This document shows, one piece after another, positions 1 through 12,167 of a DNA stretch of 64,000 nucleotides (positions are counted from its first letter, which is position 1; each line of letters begins with the position of its first letter). The position numbers and the translations under genes were made by a program. The DNA is from Octopus sinensis (taxonomy: Eukaryota). The stretch spans positions 113,708,001 to 113,772,000 of the forward strand of contig NC_043000.1 in the NCBI RefSeq assembly GCF_006345805.1, read 5' to 3'. Under the pieces are notes generated by a model, which searched no databases, was not told the origin of the DNA, and worked only from the letters and a program-made list of their open reading frames with translations.

Positions 1-484
1 AGAGAAAGAGAGAGAAAGAGAAGGAAAGGGAGAGTGAGAGAAAGGGAGTGAGTGAGGGTGTGTGTGTGTGTATGTGTAAAACACAATTTCTCATATATAA
101 AATGACAGACTTACACATTTTACCTCAGTTCAGGCAACCGCACACATCTACATACATACACTCATATATTAACATATAAGTGTGAGTGCGTGTGTGTGTG
201 TGTGTGTGTGTGAGTGTGTAGTTAGGTATATGTGTATATGTGCATAAAAAGTGTATATAAAAAAATCTATCTATTAATATATAATAATATTTAATAACAT
301 AGATATACTGCTCTCTCTCTCTCTCTCACTTGCTCCTTATATATTTCTATATTTATATATGTGTGGTGTGTATATATATATATATACATATAAATATATA
401 TGTATGTATATATATCTATAAGTTATATATATATGTATATATATACATATATATATGAATATATATATATATTATATATATATA

Positions 485-523
<39 letters not shown>

Positions 524-534
524 TGGTGTGTTGT

Positions 535-700
535 ATTGGTTGATCGTTAGCCACTAAATCCTTTTTTTCTTCCTTGTTTCTTTCTGTGTTCCTTTCTGTG
601 GAAGAGCGTAGGATCGAAACGTAAAAGACTTTCTCACTTCCCGAGCGTTAAACTAATACATCTGTTTGCTGTTTACACACCCGTCTTCGTCTTTTGTTTT
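535..700 (+). mobile_element. Short repeat family E with a minimal HHR-like motif
   Basis: 592-627 reads CUUU CUGUGGA A GAGC GUAG GAUC GAAAC GUA AAAG. Homologs at about 41765-41960 and 47990-48150. Confidence 0.55.
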
Positions 701-701
701 A

Positions 702-1119
702 TTCTTTTACTTTTTTCACTCATTTGACTGCGGCCATGCTGGATCACCGCCATTAGTCGAGCAAATAGCAAATCGACCCCAGGACGTATTCTTTGTAAGC
801 CTAGTACTTATTCTTTCGGTCTCTTTTCAGGACCGCTAAGTTACGGGGACATAAACACACCACCATCGGTTGTCAAGCGATTTTGAAGGGAGAAAACAGA
901 CACACAAACATACACACACACACACGCACGCACACACACACACAACACACACACACACACACACAGACACACACACACACACATATATACGACGGGCTTC
1001 TTTCAGTTTCCTTCTACCAAATCCATTCACAAGCCTTTGGTCGACTCGAGGTTATAAAAGGAGACACTTGCCCAAGGTGCCACGCAGTGGGAATGAACCC
1101 GGAACCATGTGGTTGGTAA
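702..1119 (-). mobile_element. SINE family 1 (tRNA-like head, microsatellite linker)
   Basis: Matches the full copies at 8701-9120 and 56856-57222. Confidence 0.85.
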
Positions 1120-1147
1120 ATTCCAACTATATATATGTATATATATA

Positions 1148-1178
<31 letters not shown>

Positions 1179-1261
1179 CTATATACATACATACATCCAT
1201 ACATACCTATAAATGTGTATATATATATATATATAGATATACATACATACATACCTACATA

Positions 1262-1799
1262 TATATATACCAATTAAGGACTGAACACGAAAAGTGGACA
1301 GTCAACATGCTAGATATAGACGTCAAATCGCCATTCACCACAAAAGATTATGTTCCTCAGATCAACTCAACACAAAACCATAGAAAACAAGCAAAATAAC
1401 GTGAAAATAATAAATAATTACCCATGTACTAAATTAGTTTCAGCTGTTATTTTCCGCAAGGAAAACTGCAGCCATCATCAGCATGGTCCGTTATAAATGT
1501 AATTTGCTGGACTAGATGCAAACACGGTACCGAAATATCGCGTGCATGGAGTTCAGCCTATTACATTTGAATATATCTTTCAAATGCCTTTACCTTGGCG
1601 CGTTGGAACCCGAGAAAACTAGACTGCAGCTAATAATTAGCAGCAGTTAATTTATCGGTTAGAGAACATATTTATTTATATAAAATTAATTAAGGGTAGA
1701 AATTGATATTTATCAATTAAGACCAGTGGTCTAGCATATTAAAAAAGAATCCGAAGATTAAAATATTTATATATACCAATTAAGGACTGAACACGAAAA
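1262..1799 (-). mobile_element. HHR-bearing repeat family A: one ~506-bp monomer plus a 32-bp terminal direct repeat (Penelope pseudo-LTR or non-LTR retrozyme-like)
   Basis: Identical 32-mer TATATATACCAATTAAGGACTGAACACGAAAA at 1262-1293 and 1768-1799 (period 506). Contains an internal hammerhead fold. Homologous to 31706-32428. Left end adjoins (TA)n. Confidence 0.8.
1422..1486 (-). ncRNA. Type I hammerhead ribozyme, family A copy 1
   Basis: Minus strand reads CCAUG CUGAUGA U GGCUG caguuuuccuugcggaaaauaa CAGCU GAA ACUA auu UAGU A CAUGG. Stem I CCAUG/CAUGG, intact core, stems II and III present, GUA cleavage triplet. Confidence 0.85.
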
Positions 1800-2268
1800 C
1801 GATTCTGCTTGCTCGCTGCCATAATATGGTCTAAAAGAATTCTATGAAATTTTTGTCACAAGACCAACAAAGAGAGGAGACAAGTCGATTGCATCGGCCC
1901 CAGAATTTGAGTAGTACTTATTTAATCGATCCCGAAAATATAACAGATAAGTTTAACCTCGGCGGTATTTCAACTCAGATCGTACTTAAAAGAAAAGCCT
2001 AAAGAAATATCGTTAAACATTTTGTTCGGCGCGCTATGCGCTCTGTCATCTCGCTGCCTTAGTACTGTCCAAAATATTGAAAAGACACCCGAGACAAGGT
2101 AATTCTACACAGTATTGACAAAGATGGAATGGTAAAGCCTGGAATATATTTCATTATGCTTGATCCTATTGTTAAACAATAGCAACAGCAGCAACAGCAA
2201 CATTTGTAACATTTCCGCTTCTTTTTGACCCTCTTCATATTTTCTTTCTTTCTTCTTTCTTTCTTTCT

Positions 2269-2314
<46 letters not shown>

Positions 2315-2893
2315 TTCTTTCCTTCCTTCCTTCCTTTCTGTCTTTCACACATTCTTCGTTTAACTCATTCATCTCCAAATTCTTTTTCAAATTTGTCCTT
2401 CATAAATTATTTCGTCACTTCGCAAACTTCTCTCAATCATTCTTCTTTGAAAACTTTGTTGTTCTCTTCATTCTTTCCACTTCCTTCTTCATTCCTTCCC
2501 TTGCTTTCTTTCACTCTCTCTCTCTCTCCCTCTCTCCTTCATTTCCACCTCTTCCTCCTCTCTACTTCCTCTCCCTCAATGCACCACTTCACATCTACTC
2601 CAATGTTTCTTTTTCTTCTTCTTCATTCTTTGTTTCTCCAATTTCTTCTCTCTCCCTTCCGTTATTCCTCTTCCCCTCTGGTTCCCTTATTGCTCCTCTT
2701 TATCAACCCCGCTCCACTCCACAGCCCCATCCTCAGCACCATCCATCACACCCACAGCCACACCCACGCCCAACCACTCACTCATCATCTTTTACTCAAT
2801 CTATCGATTCCCAAGTCTCGCCCTCTCTCTCTCCGCTTCTAACCTCTAACAATCCCCAATCCACCACCGTCGCAAACAATCCTTCCACTGACA

Positions 2894-3420
2894 TCATCTC
2901 ACACACACACACGTACACACACGCATACTCACACACACACACATGTATGCACACATGCATACAAACACATGCTCACACACACAAACACACATACACACAC
3001 ATGCACACACACATACGCACACACATGCAAACACATATACACTCACACACACACATATATATACACATGCACACAAACATACACACATACAAACACACAT
3101 ATACACACATGCACACACACATACACACACACATGTAAACACATATACACTCACACACACACACATATATACACATGCACACACACATACACACACATGC
3201 AAATACATATACACCCATACAAACACATGCACGCACACACATGCATACACACATGTACACACACATGCACACACACAAACACATGCATGCACACACACAT
3301 ACACACACACATACACACACATGCACACACACACATAAACACACGTACAAACACATACACACACACACGCATACACACACATGCACACATGCACACACAC
3401 ACATACACACACACACGCAG
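2894..3420. repeat. Degenerate (CA)n/(CATA)n microsatellite array
   Basis: Direct inspection. Confidence 0.95.
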
Positions 3421-3777
3421 ACACCACACCACACAACCGATACTTTACTGTTTGTATGAATTGCTGAAATCTTGGAATTCTTCCAGAAACCCCAGACCTC
3501 TACCGAGAAACATCCGACTGCGTCGACAATGGCGATTCTCACCGCGCCACCATCGCCAACACAGCACCACCCCTTTGCTCCTGTTCTTCAGCTCACAACC
3601 ATTATCGTCTCTCGCCTCCCGCCTCCCGGTTCGAAACCCAAACCACAGCCTTTGCCTCTACCCACTTCTCTTTCGCAATCCTCCGTCTCCCCTTCCTCCC
3701 TCTCTCTCTCTCTCTCTCTCCAGTCTCATTCTCTTGTGGTTTGCTATAGCTTTATAAACAGATATTTACCAAACAAC

Positions 3778-3811
<34 letters not shown>

Positions 3812-4733
3812 TTCATCCAAAACTTTTCATACAAGCACATACACGCATACAAACACACGCATATACGTGTGTGTGTAATATGTGTATATATATTACACAC
3901 ACATACGCACACACGCACGCACACACAAACACAAACATACATGTGTACGTAGGTATATATATGTATGCATGTGTGTATGTATGTATCTCTCTCTATATAA
4001 ATATGCATGCATAAATATGTATATATATACATATATATATGAATAGACGCACACGCGCACACGTATATACGTATATATATATAAATATATATATATATGT
4101 GTGTGTGTGTGTGTTTATATATATATTTATACACACACACACATATGTATCATTTGCTATTCATGGTATTGGAATAAAAAACCCTTAACTGTCCTGTTTT
4201 ATTGTACTTTCGAATGTGTGTATTTGTATGTGTGTGTATGTGCATCTGTATGTGTGAGTGTGAGTGTTTATACATATACATATATATATATATATATATT
4301 TATACCCATACACACACAAACACACACACATCTATACATATACATGTGTGTGTGTGTGTGTGTGTGTGCGTGTGAGTGTGTGCCAAAACCATTTACTAAT
4401 GAATGCATTGAATATACAGTTATAGAGTTAAATTTATTACAAAAATAAATTTGCCATCCACTGTAACTACAAGAAAATTTCGCTTCCCTGAACAAGCTTT
4501 GAAGCAGACGAAACATGAAGTCATAGGCAAGTCTTTGTCTAATACATATAATACAGTATCATATAATATAATAAATATAATATAATATGTTATAATATTA
4601 TAGAATGTGCTATATTATGTTATAATAGAATATAATTTAATATAATATTGTAATCTAATATTGTGTTGAGTCAAAAGTTTTGTAATATTTTGGTAACTTA
4701 TTTGGTTTATTCGTCAAGTTACAACAAAGCAGC

Positions 4734-5202
4734 TTAGCATTCGAAGTAGAGGCCACCCTGTTGCACCGTCTGAAGCCAGCTTTCTGCCAGTTCTTTGATC
4801 GCACGCTGACACAAGTTCTTGTCCTTCTCTGAAGAACCACATCCTCTTTGATTGATGAAGCGTGGCGAGCGAAGAAAGTGAGCCATAGATCGGAACAATA
4901 ATAATCCTAAGGAGCTAGGTCTAGACTGTATGATGGATGTGGTCCCAGCTCGATTCCTCCCAGTTCCAGGAGTTTATTCGGGGCCATTCGAATGATACGA
5001 GATCTTGTGTTGTCTTACTACAGAAGAGCTCGCTTTCTGTTAACCAACCCTTGGTATTTTTCCTGGGCAATAGCATACATCCGCTCCAGCAGTTCGGAGT
5101 ACAGGTTGGCATCTATAGTTTGACCGTCCAGAACGAACTAGTAGAGAATTATGCCATCATAATTCCACCGGACGCAGACACCTTATAAATGGTATGGTCA
5201 TA
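4734..5202 (-). pseudogene. Mariner transposase catalytic-domain remnant
   Basis: VCVRWNYDGIILY*...QTIDANLYSELLERM...VNRKRALL**DN...HPSYSLDLAP*DYY/LFRSM...KELAESWLQTVQQGGLYFEC*. These are degenerate mariner WW, HDNA and YSPDLAP.DY motifs, with stops and frameshifts. Confidence 0.9.
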
Positions 5203-5339
5203 AATATTGTCAGGATTTTAGGATTTGTATAAGTAACTGCCTATAAAGGAGGCTGGGTAGGGGAAGACTCTAAATCAAGATGTTAATTACCAGTTAAAGG
5301 GGCAAGACGCTAATTAAACCTATGATGTTACTACAGAGG

Positions 5340-5615
5340 AAATTATCATGGGGTACTATGGATGACTGTATATAAACAGACGCAGAGCATTACTTCCTTA
5401 GAAAGTCTAAATCATCAGTTATGTAGGTTGGACGAAATTTGAACCTATCTACATATTGTAAATTTCCTGGATTTAACATTAAATCTTAACTCCAATACCT
5501 ATTGCCTTTATCATAAGCCAAACAGTACTGAAATTATATTCTTAGGTTATCTAACCATCCAAATTCAATTAGGAATAGTTTTGTTAGGAATATTACTATC
5601 AGGATTTAAAAACTT
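5340..5615 (+). pseudogene. Decayed Penelope-like element reverse transcriptase fragment (C-terminal RT/thumb region)
   Basis: From 5455 reads IVNFLDLTLNLNSNTYCLYHKP; after a frameshift reads SNHPNSIRNSFVRNI. This matches the PLE RT pattern FLD...Y.KP...S.HP. Confidence 0.65.
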
Positions 5616-6825
5616 TCTGCTTATTAACGTAGTTCTCGGGGCGATTCAGCGTGACACAGAATGTGACAAGGCTCGCCTTTTGAAATACATGTACAACTTA
5701 TTTTTCCCAGCTGGGTGGACTGACGAAATACTGCTAAGCATTTCATCCGGCGTGCTAACGGTTTTGCCAGCTTGCTACCCTGGAAATATTAGTAATGTTG
5801 CTTTCAAATTTTAACACAAAGCCAGTAAGCCCGGTGAAGGGATTATGTCGGTTATGTTGACCCGAGACTTCAACTGATGCTTATTTTATCGGCTCCGTTT
5901 TGGGAGGCTCCTCTGCCACTTATATTCTTCCTTTGCGCTTCAAGACCAACAGATAAACATAATCGATATACTTAATTTCTGAAAAAAAAAAAGAAAATGT
6001 TGAGCATTCGAATTAAGATATCTTCTCTGATTACAGCCATTCACCTACACTTCATTCACACTAAGTATTCTTATCACATAATACGTTATTCCACAGGCAG
6101 ACGACTCGGCCTTATATATTGGTACCAGAGCCGAAGGGGCCGAAACCGATACAAAACTTCTTCCCTGCCAGTGGAGACATCAAGATCTGCATTCGAAGAC
6201 GCACCACAGCAGCACCCTCAGCACACAAAGCGTCTACCTTAACTTTAGAACAGCAACTTCACGTGTACGTTGATTATGTATTAATCTCGACTTCATATTA
6301 TTTTCTAATTATATTCCAATTACATATTATTTTCTAATTCCTATTTTTCAAAATCTCATTTAGCATCATTCCCCAATATACTTCATTCTTATTATCTCTA
6401 TCCTTCGCCTTATCTTACTTCGCATTATTATATTCCATTTCATTTAATCCCATTTTATTATATTTCTGCTTATCTATATCTTATTTTAATTTATTTTCCC
6501 ACAAGCCTAGTTATTCTACTGAATTGAATATATTTAAAGGTAACACCCTCTCTAAGATCCCTTTGTATTTTTTTCCTTTCTCCTCTCCCCTCTTTCATCT
6601 CTCCCTCTCTAAACCTCACTCTTTTCTTTTTATGCAGCAGTCGATAGCAATATGATAGATATATACTTATGACAATAAATACTCACAAGTGTGTAGTAAG
6701 AAGCTTGTTTCCCAACCATGTGATTCCGGGTTCAGTTCCATTGTGAGGTACCTTGGGCAAATGTCTTCTACTGTAGCCTCGGGCCACTCAAAACAGTATT
6801 TGGTAGACGAAAACTGAAAGAAGCG

Positions 6826-7457
6826 CAATAAAGATTTAAGTTAATTTAAATGAATTTACTTGAATATGGTACCTAACTTAGATGCACCACAAAAAAAAAC
6901 TATACTGTTTTAACAATACAGTAATGTGGGGTGATTATAAGCGAGAAGAAGCAACAAGAATGGATAGGTTTTAGTACAATCGTTTCATACAAGGACAGGC
7001 TTTATTAAAAGTTGTAAAAATTACAGCATATAAACGTGTCCGTACTCATCAGCTAAAATACATGTGAGTTCTCTAGACATCCTAGTGGTTGAGGCTATAC
7101 TCATGAAGTAATGTAGATAATTAAGTAACATAAACAGATTTCCAAAGTTCATTAAGTTCTTTAAGATGATGTACAGTCTTATCACAGAATTTTAAAAAAG
7201 TTTTAATAGCATCACAGAGAAGGTTACCTAATCCATAGAGCACATATGAATTTCCAGAGATATGATGAGGGATTACATACTCACAGAAGACAAATTTATC
7301 CATTGTTAATCACAACGAGGGGGGTCTCAATTCCTGCTTATTAGCATTACAGAGAGGGTGAATTAATCCTTTGTATAGATGCACAATTTCCAATGGTGTA
7401 GATGTAAGTTTCCAGAGAATCTGGAAACATCTACACCATTGGAAATTGTGCATCTAT
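6826..7457 (-). mobile_element. HHR-bearing element family B, inserted inside a SINE
   Basis: About 630 bp interrupting a family 1 SINE at its microsatellite linker. Contains an HHR (6969-7058) and a 5' fold-back hairpin (7375-7457). Confidence 0.65.
6969..7058 (-). ncRNA. Type I hammerhead ribozyme, family B
   Basis: UUUUAG CUGAUGA GUAC GGAC...GUCC UU GUAU GAA AC gauu GU A CUAAAA. Perfect 6-bp stem I, intact core, long stem II, GUA triplet. The closing G-U pair of stem II probably arose by CpG decay of G-C. Confidence 0.85.
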
Positions 7458-8249
7458 GTATGTGAGGGTTGTGAGTGTCTTTGTGCCTGTCTTTGTCGCC
7501 ACCATCACTTGACAACCGGTATTGGTGTGTTTACGTCTTCGTATCTTAGCAGTTCGGTACAGACCCCAAAAGAATAAGTACTAGGTCGGTTCATGCCACT
7601 TCGCAAATAAGTATATGATAGTGAATTGAATATATATATATATAATATATATATATGTACAATCAGGTTTGACAAATTCGTGTACACTCAGAAGAAATTT
7701 CGCTGCAGAATTAGGCTCGGGAAAAAATTCTCCTCACAGACAAAATATGCGAAAGCACATAACTGGGCTACAAGTGACGACATCGGACTTTGAATGACGC
7801 CAAGCAACATCGGGCTTTGAATGACGCCAAGGGATTCTGCCCTGTTTTTCTTCATTAACTACGAGTACCGAATCAGTTGTTCACAGCCCTAATATATAAA
7901 AACAGCAAATTGTACATTTGTTGATGTGCGCATAGCTTCGATAAGGTGCGATTAATTAAGCAGAGGCGCACGAATTTGTGTCACATGAAATATATACTTG
8001 TACAATCATATTCAACAATCGGATGTGAAAAATAGTTGCGGGAGAAATTTCTCCTCATAGACAATATAGGTCTTCTTTTCTCTTTATTTCTTCGTATTTT
8101 AATGAATTTCTAAGTCTATTCGAACAACAATTAAATTTATAGCAAATTTTTATATATCTTTATATTTTGAACTATCGACTGAGGAGGGTAATGTTATGTA
8201 CGGTCATCTTACATAACTATTCGAAACATATGTATTAAATTCCATATAC

Positions 8250-8640
8250 CACATATATATGTGGAGGTTTTGAACGAGTCCAAGATCCAGAGCATTACGA
8301 CTCCGGTCGGTGGCACCAGCATCAGGACAATTCACCTGCTCACAATTCCATCCTGGTGACCATCCTGCTTGACAGAGTTTGGCTTCGAAACTGTCCCTCA
8401 GTCTCCATAGAATCAAGATCTTGCTTCCTCTCTCTGTGACTTTTGGCTGTTCCCAGAGCTGAACGAGAACATCATGGATAGCGGTTTGAAGACAATAAGA
8501 AGACGAAGGAGGTTGTGACAAAAGTGTTTGACATTTTTATTTCGGAGGACGTTCAAGGGGCCTTCACGAAGTGAATGGGGCGATACAACAAGTACACTGA
8601 AATTAGAGGGTCCTAGTTTGAAGGAGATAAGAGTTTTGTA
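8250..8640 (+). pseudogene. Second mariner transposase remnant
   Basis: RWHQHQDNSPAHNSILVT.../FETVPQSP*NQDLA..CDFWLFPEL matches HQDNAP.H...PYSPDLAPCDFWLFP; frameshifted. Confidence 0.85.
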
Positions 8641-8700
8641 ATATATTCTACAAGATAAATTCACAGGAATATATGTAATAGATACTGAGCATACTGAACA

Positions 8701-9120
8701 AGGCGTAGGAGTGGCTCTGTGGTAAGTAGCTTGCTTACCAACCACATAGTTCCGAGTTCAGTCCCACTGCATGGCACCTTGGGCAAGTGTCTTCTACTAT
8801 AGCCTCGGGCCGACCAAAGCCTTGTGAGTGGATTTGGTAGACGGAAACTGAAAGAAGCCCGTCGTATATATGTATATATAATATATGTATGTGTGTGTAT
8901 ATGTTTGTGTGTCTGTGTTTGTCCCCACAACATCGATTGACAACCGATGCTGGTGTGTTTATATCCCCGTAACTTAGCGGTTCGGCAAAAGTGACCGATA
9001 GAATAAGTACTAGGATTACAAAGAATAAGTCCTGGGGTCGATTTGGTCGACTAAAGGCGGTGATCCAGCAAGGCCACATTCACATGAGTGAAACAAGTAA
9101 AAGAGTAAAAGAGTAAAGAG
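8701..9120 (+). mobile_element. SINE family 1, full length
   Basis: ggcgtaggagtggctctgtggtaagtagc head with gttccgagttcagtcc B-box-like motif; tail gaaacaagtaaaagagta. Confidence 0.9.
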
Positions 9121-9577
9121 AGTATACATCAAGTGCTGTACTCTATGGCAATTATTGCAACTCTTTATCAGAACCCGATTCTATAGATTTATCCTTATAT
9201 TCAGACAGAATTGATTAAGAAGATTATCCTTAACAGAAATGCCAGAATGATTTCAGAGATGCCAAAGCTGGTCAGATTTTGAAGTTGAATCAATACCCCA
9301 CGTCTAGTAGATCACGCACGCTCTTTTAACTTTAAATTTATGCTCATAGAATTAATTATTCATACACTGTGCAGTTATTCTTGGGCGAGATTTAATTCTC
9401 TGTTGAAATTATTGTCTTAAAATGACCTTCTCATATATATGTATGGATTTTCTCATACTACTGAACTGGAAAACATATTTTTTAACAATTTCACTTGCTT
9501 ATACATTTACACACATATTACTGTATAATTACACACACGCACGCGCAAACACACACACACACACACATGCACACACA

Positions 9578-9870
9578 GTGGAGGCACATGGCCTAGTGGT
9601 TAGAGTAGCGGACTCGCGGTCGAGGGATCACGGGATCGAATCTCAGACCGGGCGATGTGTGTGTTTATGAGCGAAACACCTGAGCTCCATGCGGCTTCGG
9701 TAGAAGGTAATGGCGAACTTCTGCTGACTCTTTCGCCACAACTTTCTCTCACTCTTTCCTCCTGCATCTTGCAGCGCACCTGTGATGGACCGGCGCCCTG
9801 TCCAGGTGGGGAACCTATACGCCAAGGAAACCGGACCTTATGAGCCAGGCATGGCTCGAGAAGGAACAAC
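9578..9870 (+). mobile_element. tRNA-derived SINE family 3
   Basis: Pol III A box TGGCCTAGTGG and B-box-like GGATCGAATC, followed by a non-tRNA body. Confidence 0.75.
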
Positions 9871-10224
9871 AAAACAACACACACACACAAAGTCGACTGA
9901 TGCAAGAAACAACTCCATACCATAATAGAGATTAATATATTCTAAGTTGGTCTTTTGCTACTCTGAGTTTCACTTGCAGATGCACGGGGTTTTCTTGGGA
10001 AATACAAGAGGCGTAATTAGACTGAAGAAACGGTGCACCTGGAAAATTCGAGTAGTAAGAGAGTGACTCGACCATTGTGTGTGCGTTTGGTGTGTATATA
10101 ATATATATATATATATATTATATATAATATATATGTCATTATTCAGTTTTACTTCAAGAATTCTTGCGTAAAAGGATTTATGTATGTCTGTCTGAGTGTG
10201 TGTGTGTGTGTGTATGTGTGTGTG

Positions 10225-10257
<33 letters not shown>

Positions 10258-10324
10258 CTCTATTTATGTGTATATATATATATATATAATATATACACAT
10301 ATATACATATATATACATATACAT

Positions 10325-10358
<34 letters not shown>

Positions 10359-10500
10359 TATAGTTACTACATGTGTATGTTTTCTTCTAATACTTTCTAA
10401 TGCTTTGGAATAGACACACTGGAATGTCCACCGGGTGATGCATGTTGCTTTGTATCCCCTCCATTTTCTTATTTACCGTATATATACATATATATATATA

Positions 10501-10802
10501 TCTATATATATAAAAGTGAAGTTGTGTGGTGTCTGTCTCCTACGATTTAGATTCCTAACTACTCGCACATTTTCCGGTGCAGTTTATCCAAAAGCGAGTA
10601 TCTTATAGTCGTGATTCATATCGAGCCCTTCTGGGTATTAGCGCGCGTCTACAATGAGTCTACGATTTTAAAAACAATTTACTATCATTTTTTTCCTATT
10701 TTTAATGCATTTTTTGCTATCATATAAGGGAAGTAACTCTCTAAAAATGCTTATATAGTTATTTCCCTTACAAATCCGAGCAACGCCGGGCGATACTGCT
10801 AG
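10501..10802 (+). mobile_element. Non-autonomous Helitron, 302 bp
   Basis: A|TCTATATATATAAAA 5' end, subterminal hairpin CCGAGCAACGCCGGG, CTAG|T 3' end, no TSD. Confidence 0.85.
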
Positions 10803-11123
10803 TACATATATATATATGTATGTATGCATGTGTATATGTATATGTATATGTATGTGTATGCGTGTGTGTGTCTCCGTGTCCGTAGATATTATATAAAAAA
10901 GACGAGAGAAAAAAATGGAATTCAGGGAGCCTTAATTCAAAATCACCACAATCGTTTCGACTCACCTTGCACCTCACAGATGAGATGCTGTAAATCAATC
11001 GTCATGTTTTATAGATGAAGATGCGTCTCCTCGAATGACTTTTGAACTAAGCACCTCATTTCCTACTTGCCGTTTCGCTTGTTTCTAAACAATGCGTTTT
11101 TCGTTAGTGTAGCAATCCATCCA

Positions 11124-11223
11124 NNNNNNNNNNNNNNNNNNNNNNNNNNNNNNNNNNNNNNNNNNNNNNNNNNNNNNNNNNNNNNNNNNNNNNNNNNNNN
11201 NNNNNNNNNNNNNNNNNNNNNNN
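11124..11223. other. Assembly gap (100 N)
   Basis: Run of exactly 100 N. Confidence 1.
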
Positions 11224-11379
11224 ACTGTCTAGGGGACGCAACTCCACCTTTTTCACTCTCAAAAAAAATTTACCATCATTTTTTTCCATTTTTTTGCTAT
11301 TTTTTGGCTATAACCCTCAAAAAAATGCTTTATAGTTATTTCCCTTACAAACCTGAGCAACGCCGGGCGATACTGCTAG
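11224..11379 (+). mobile_element. Helitron 3' fragment; 5' part lost in the gap
   Basis: Same tagttatttcccttacaa...gagcaacgccgggcgatactgCTAG|T terminus as the other two copies. Confidence 0.75.
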
Positions 11380-11404
11380 TATATATATATATATATATAT
11401 AGTT

Positions 11405-11612
11405 AATCCAAACATGAAAACACAAAGAGAAAACACAACAACGCGAGGACGTGAAACAAGTATAGTGTTATTGGACGCCCAGGAAATGAAAGAAAGAAGG
11501 AGGATTTACCGTTTCGAGCGCAGCTCTTCGTCAGAAACATAGGAAAAAGGAAAGATCCAAGGAAGGGAAGACGGAGGAAAAAAATCGCCAACGGTACACA
11601 TGCGGTCACATT
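11405..11612 (-). mobile_element. Short non-autonomous Penelope-type repeat (family D) with a minimal HHR-like motif
   Basis: 11503-11538 on the minus strand reads GUUU CUGACGA A GAGC ugc GCUC GAAAC G GUA AAUC. Microsatellites flank the element. Confidence 0.55.
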
Positions 11613-12059
11613 ATATATATATGTGTGTGTATGCGTGTGTGTGTATGTGTTTGTATGTGTATATATATATGTAAGTATGTATGTATATTTGTGTGTATGT
11701 GTATAAGAACGCTGTAGTTCGCCTGAAGCATAGTAGCACAAAAGTGGAAAGAAAACAGGAAAAGAAAAGAAAAAGAAGGTTTGTAACAATACAAAAAGGT
11801 TTTTCTAAAACCTTTTTGCATTGTTAGAAGCGTTTTTCACATATACATATACATGTGTGTGTGCTACAGTATATAAATTTAATTGCTACAAAGTGCTCGA
11901 TTTTGTAATGATTTACATTGTAAGCCAAAGAGCAATGTGGCTATGCGTGTTGTTCCACATTTAAATATGGCAAAGGAACAGCACAATCTGTAACAGCAGC
12001 TATTATTAAATGCCAATATTTTCTCTCCAGACATTATACTTAATGTTTCACGTGCTTAC

Positions 12060-12167
12060 CATTCTTTGAAGTAAAAAGATGAAGTAAAATTGATCGTCCG
12101 CTATTTCTAGAAGTTCGGGTTAGCGTGATTGTGGCCAGAAGTACGGAAATCACGTATGTTCCATTAT
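12060..12167 (-). CDS. Candidate internal exon, 108 nt, phase 1-1, unidentified
   Basis: Acceptor ctaattttgtgtcttcactttag| and donor AATG|GTAAGC. Only one frame is open: (D)NGTYVISVLLATITLTRTSRNSGRSILLHLFTSKN. Confidence 0.3.

Larger units (their letters stand above)
6691..7585 (+). mobile_element. SINE family 1, split by the family B insertion (6691-6825 and 7458-7585)
   Basis: The 5' half ends at actgaaagaagc; the 3' half resumes at the gtgtg linker with cttgacaaccgg...gaataagtactagg. Confidence 0.7.

Noticed and set aside
2894-4140. Many overlapping HT/CV-rich ORFs, and similar ones throughout the window
   Set aside because: These are (CA)n, (TA)n and (CATA)n microsatellite translations.
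6095-6160. CAGACGA...GGCC...GGCC GAAAC motif resembling an HHR
   Set aside because: The core is mismatched, extra bases precede stem II, and no stem I pairing is present.
9578-9660. tRNA gene
   Set aside because: The A/B boxes continue into a SINE body found in several copies, and no clean cloverleaf or terminator is present.
10940-10990. Minus-strand CUGUGAG...GAAACGAUUGUG motif
   Set aside because: The core lacks an A, there is no convincing stem II, and GUG is not a cleavable triplet.
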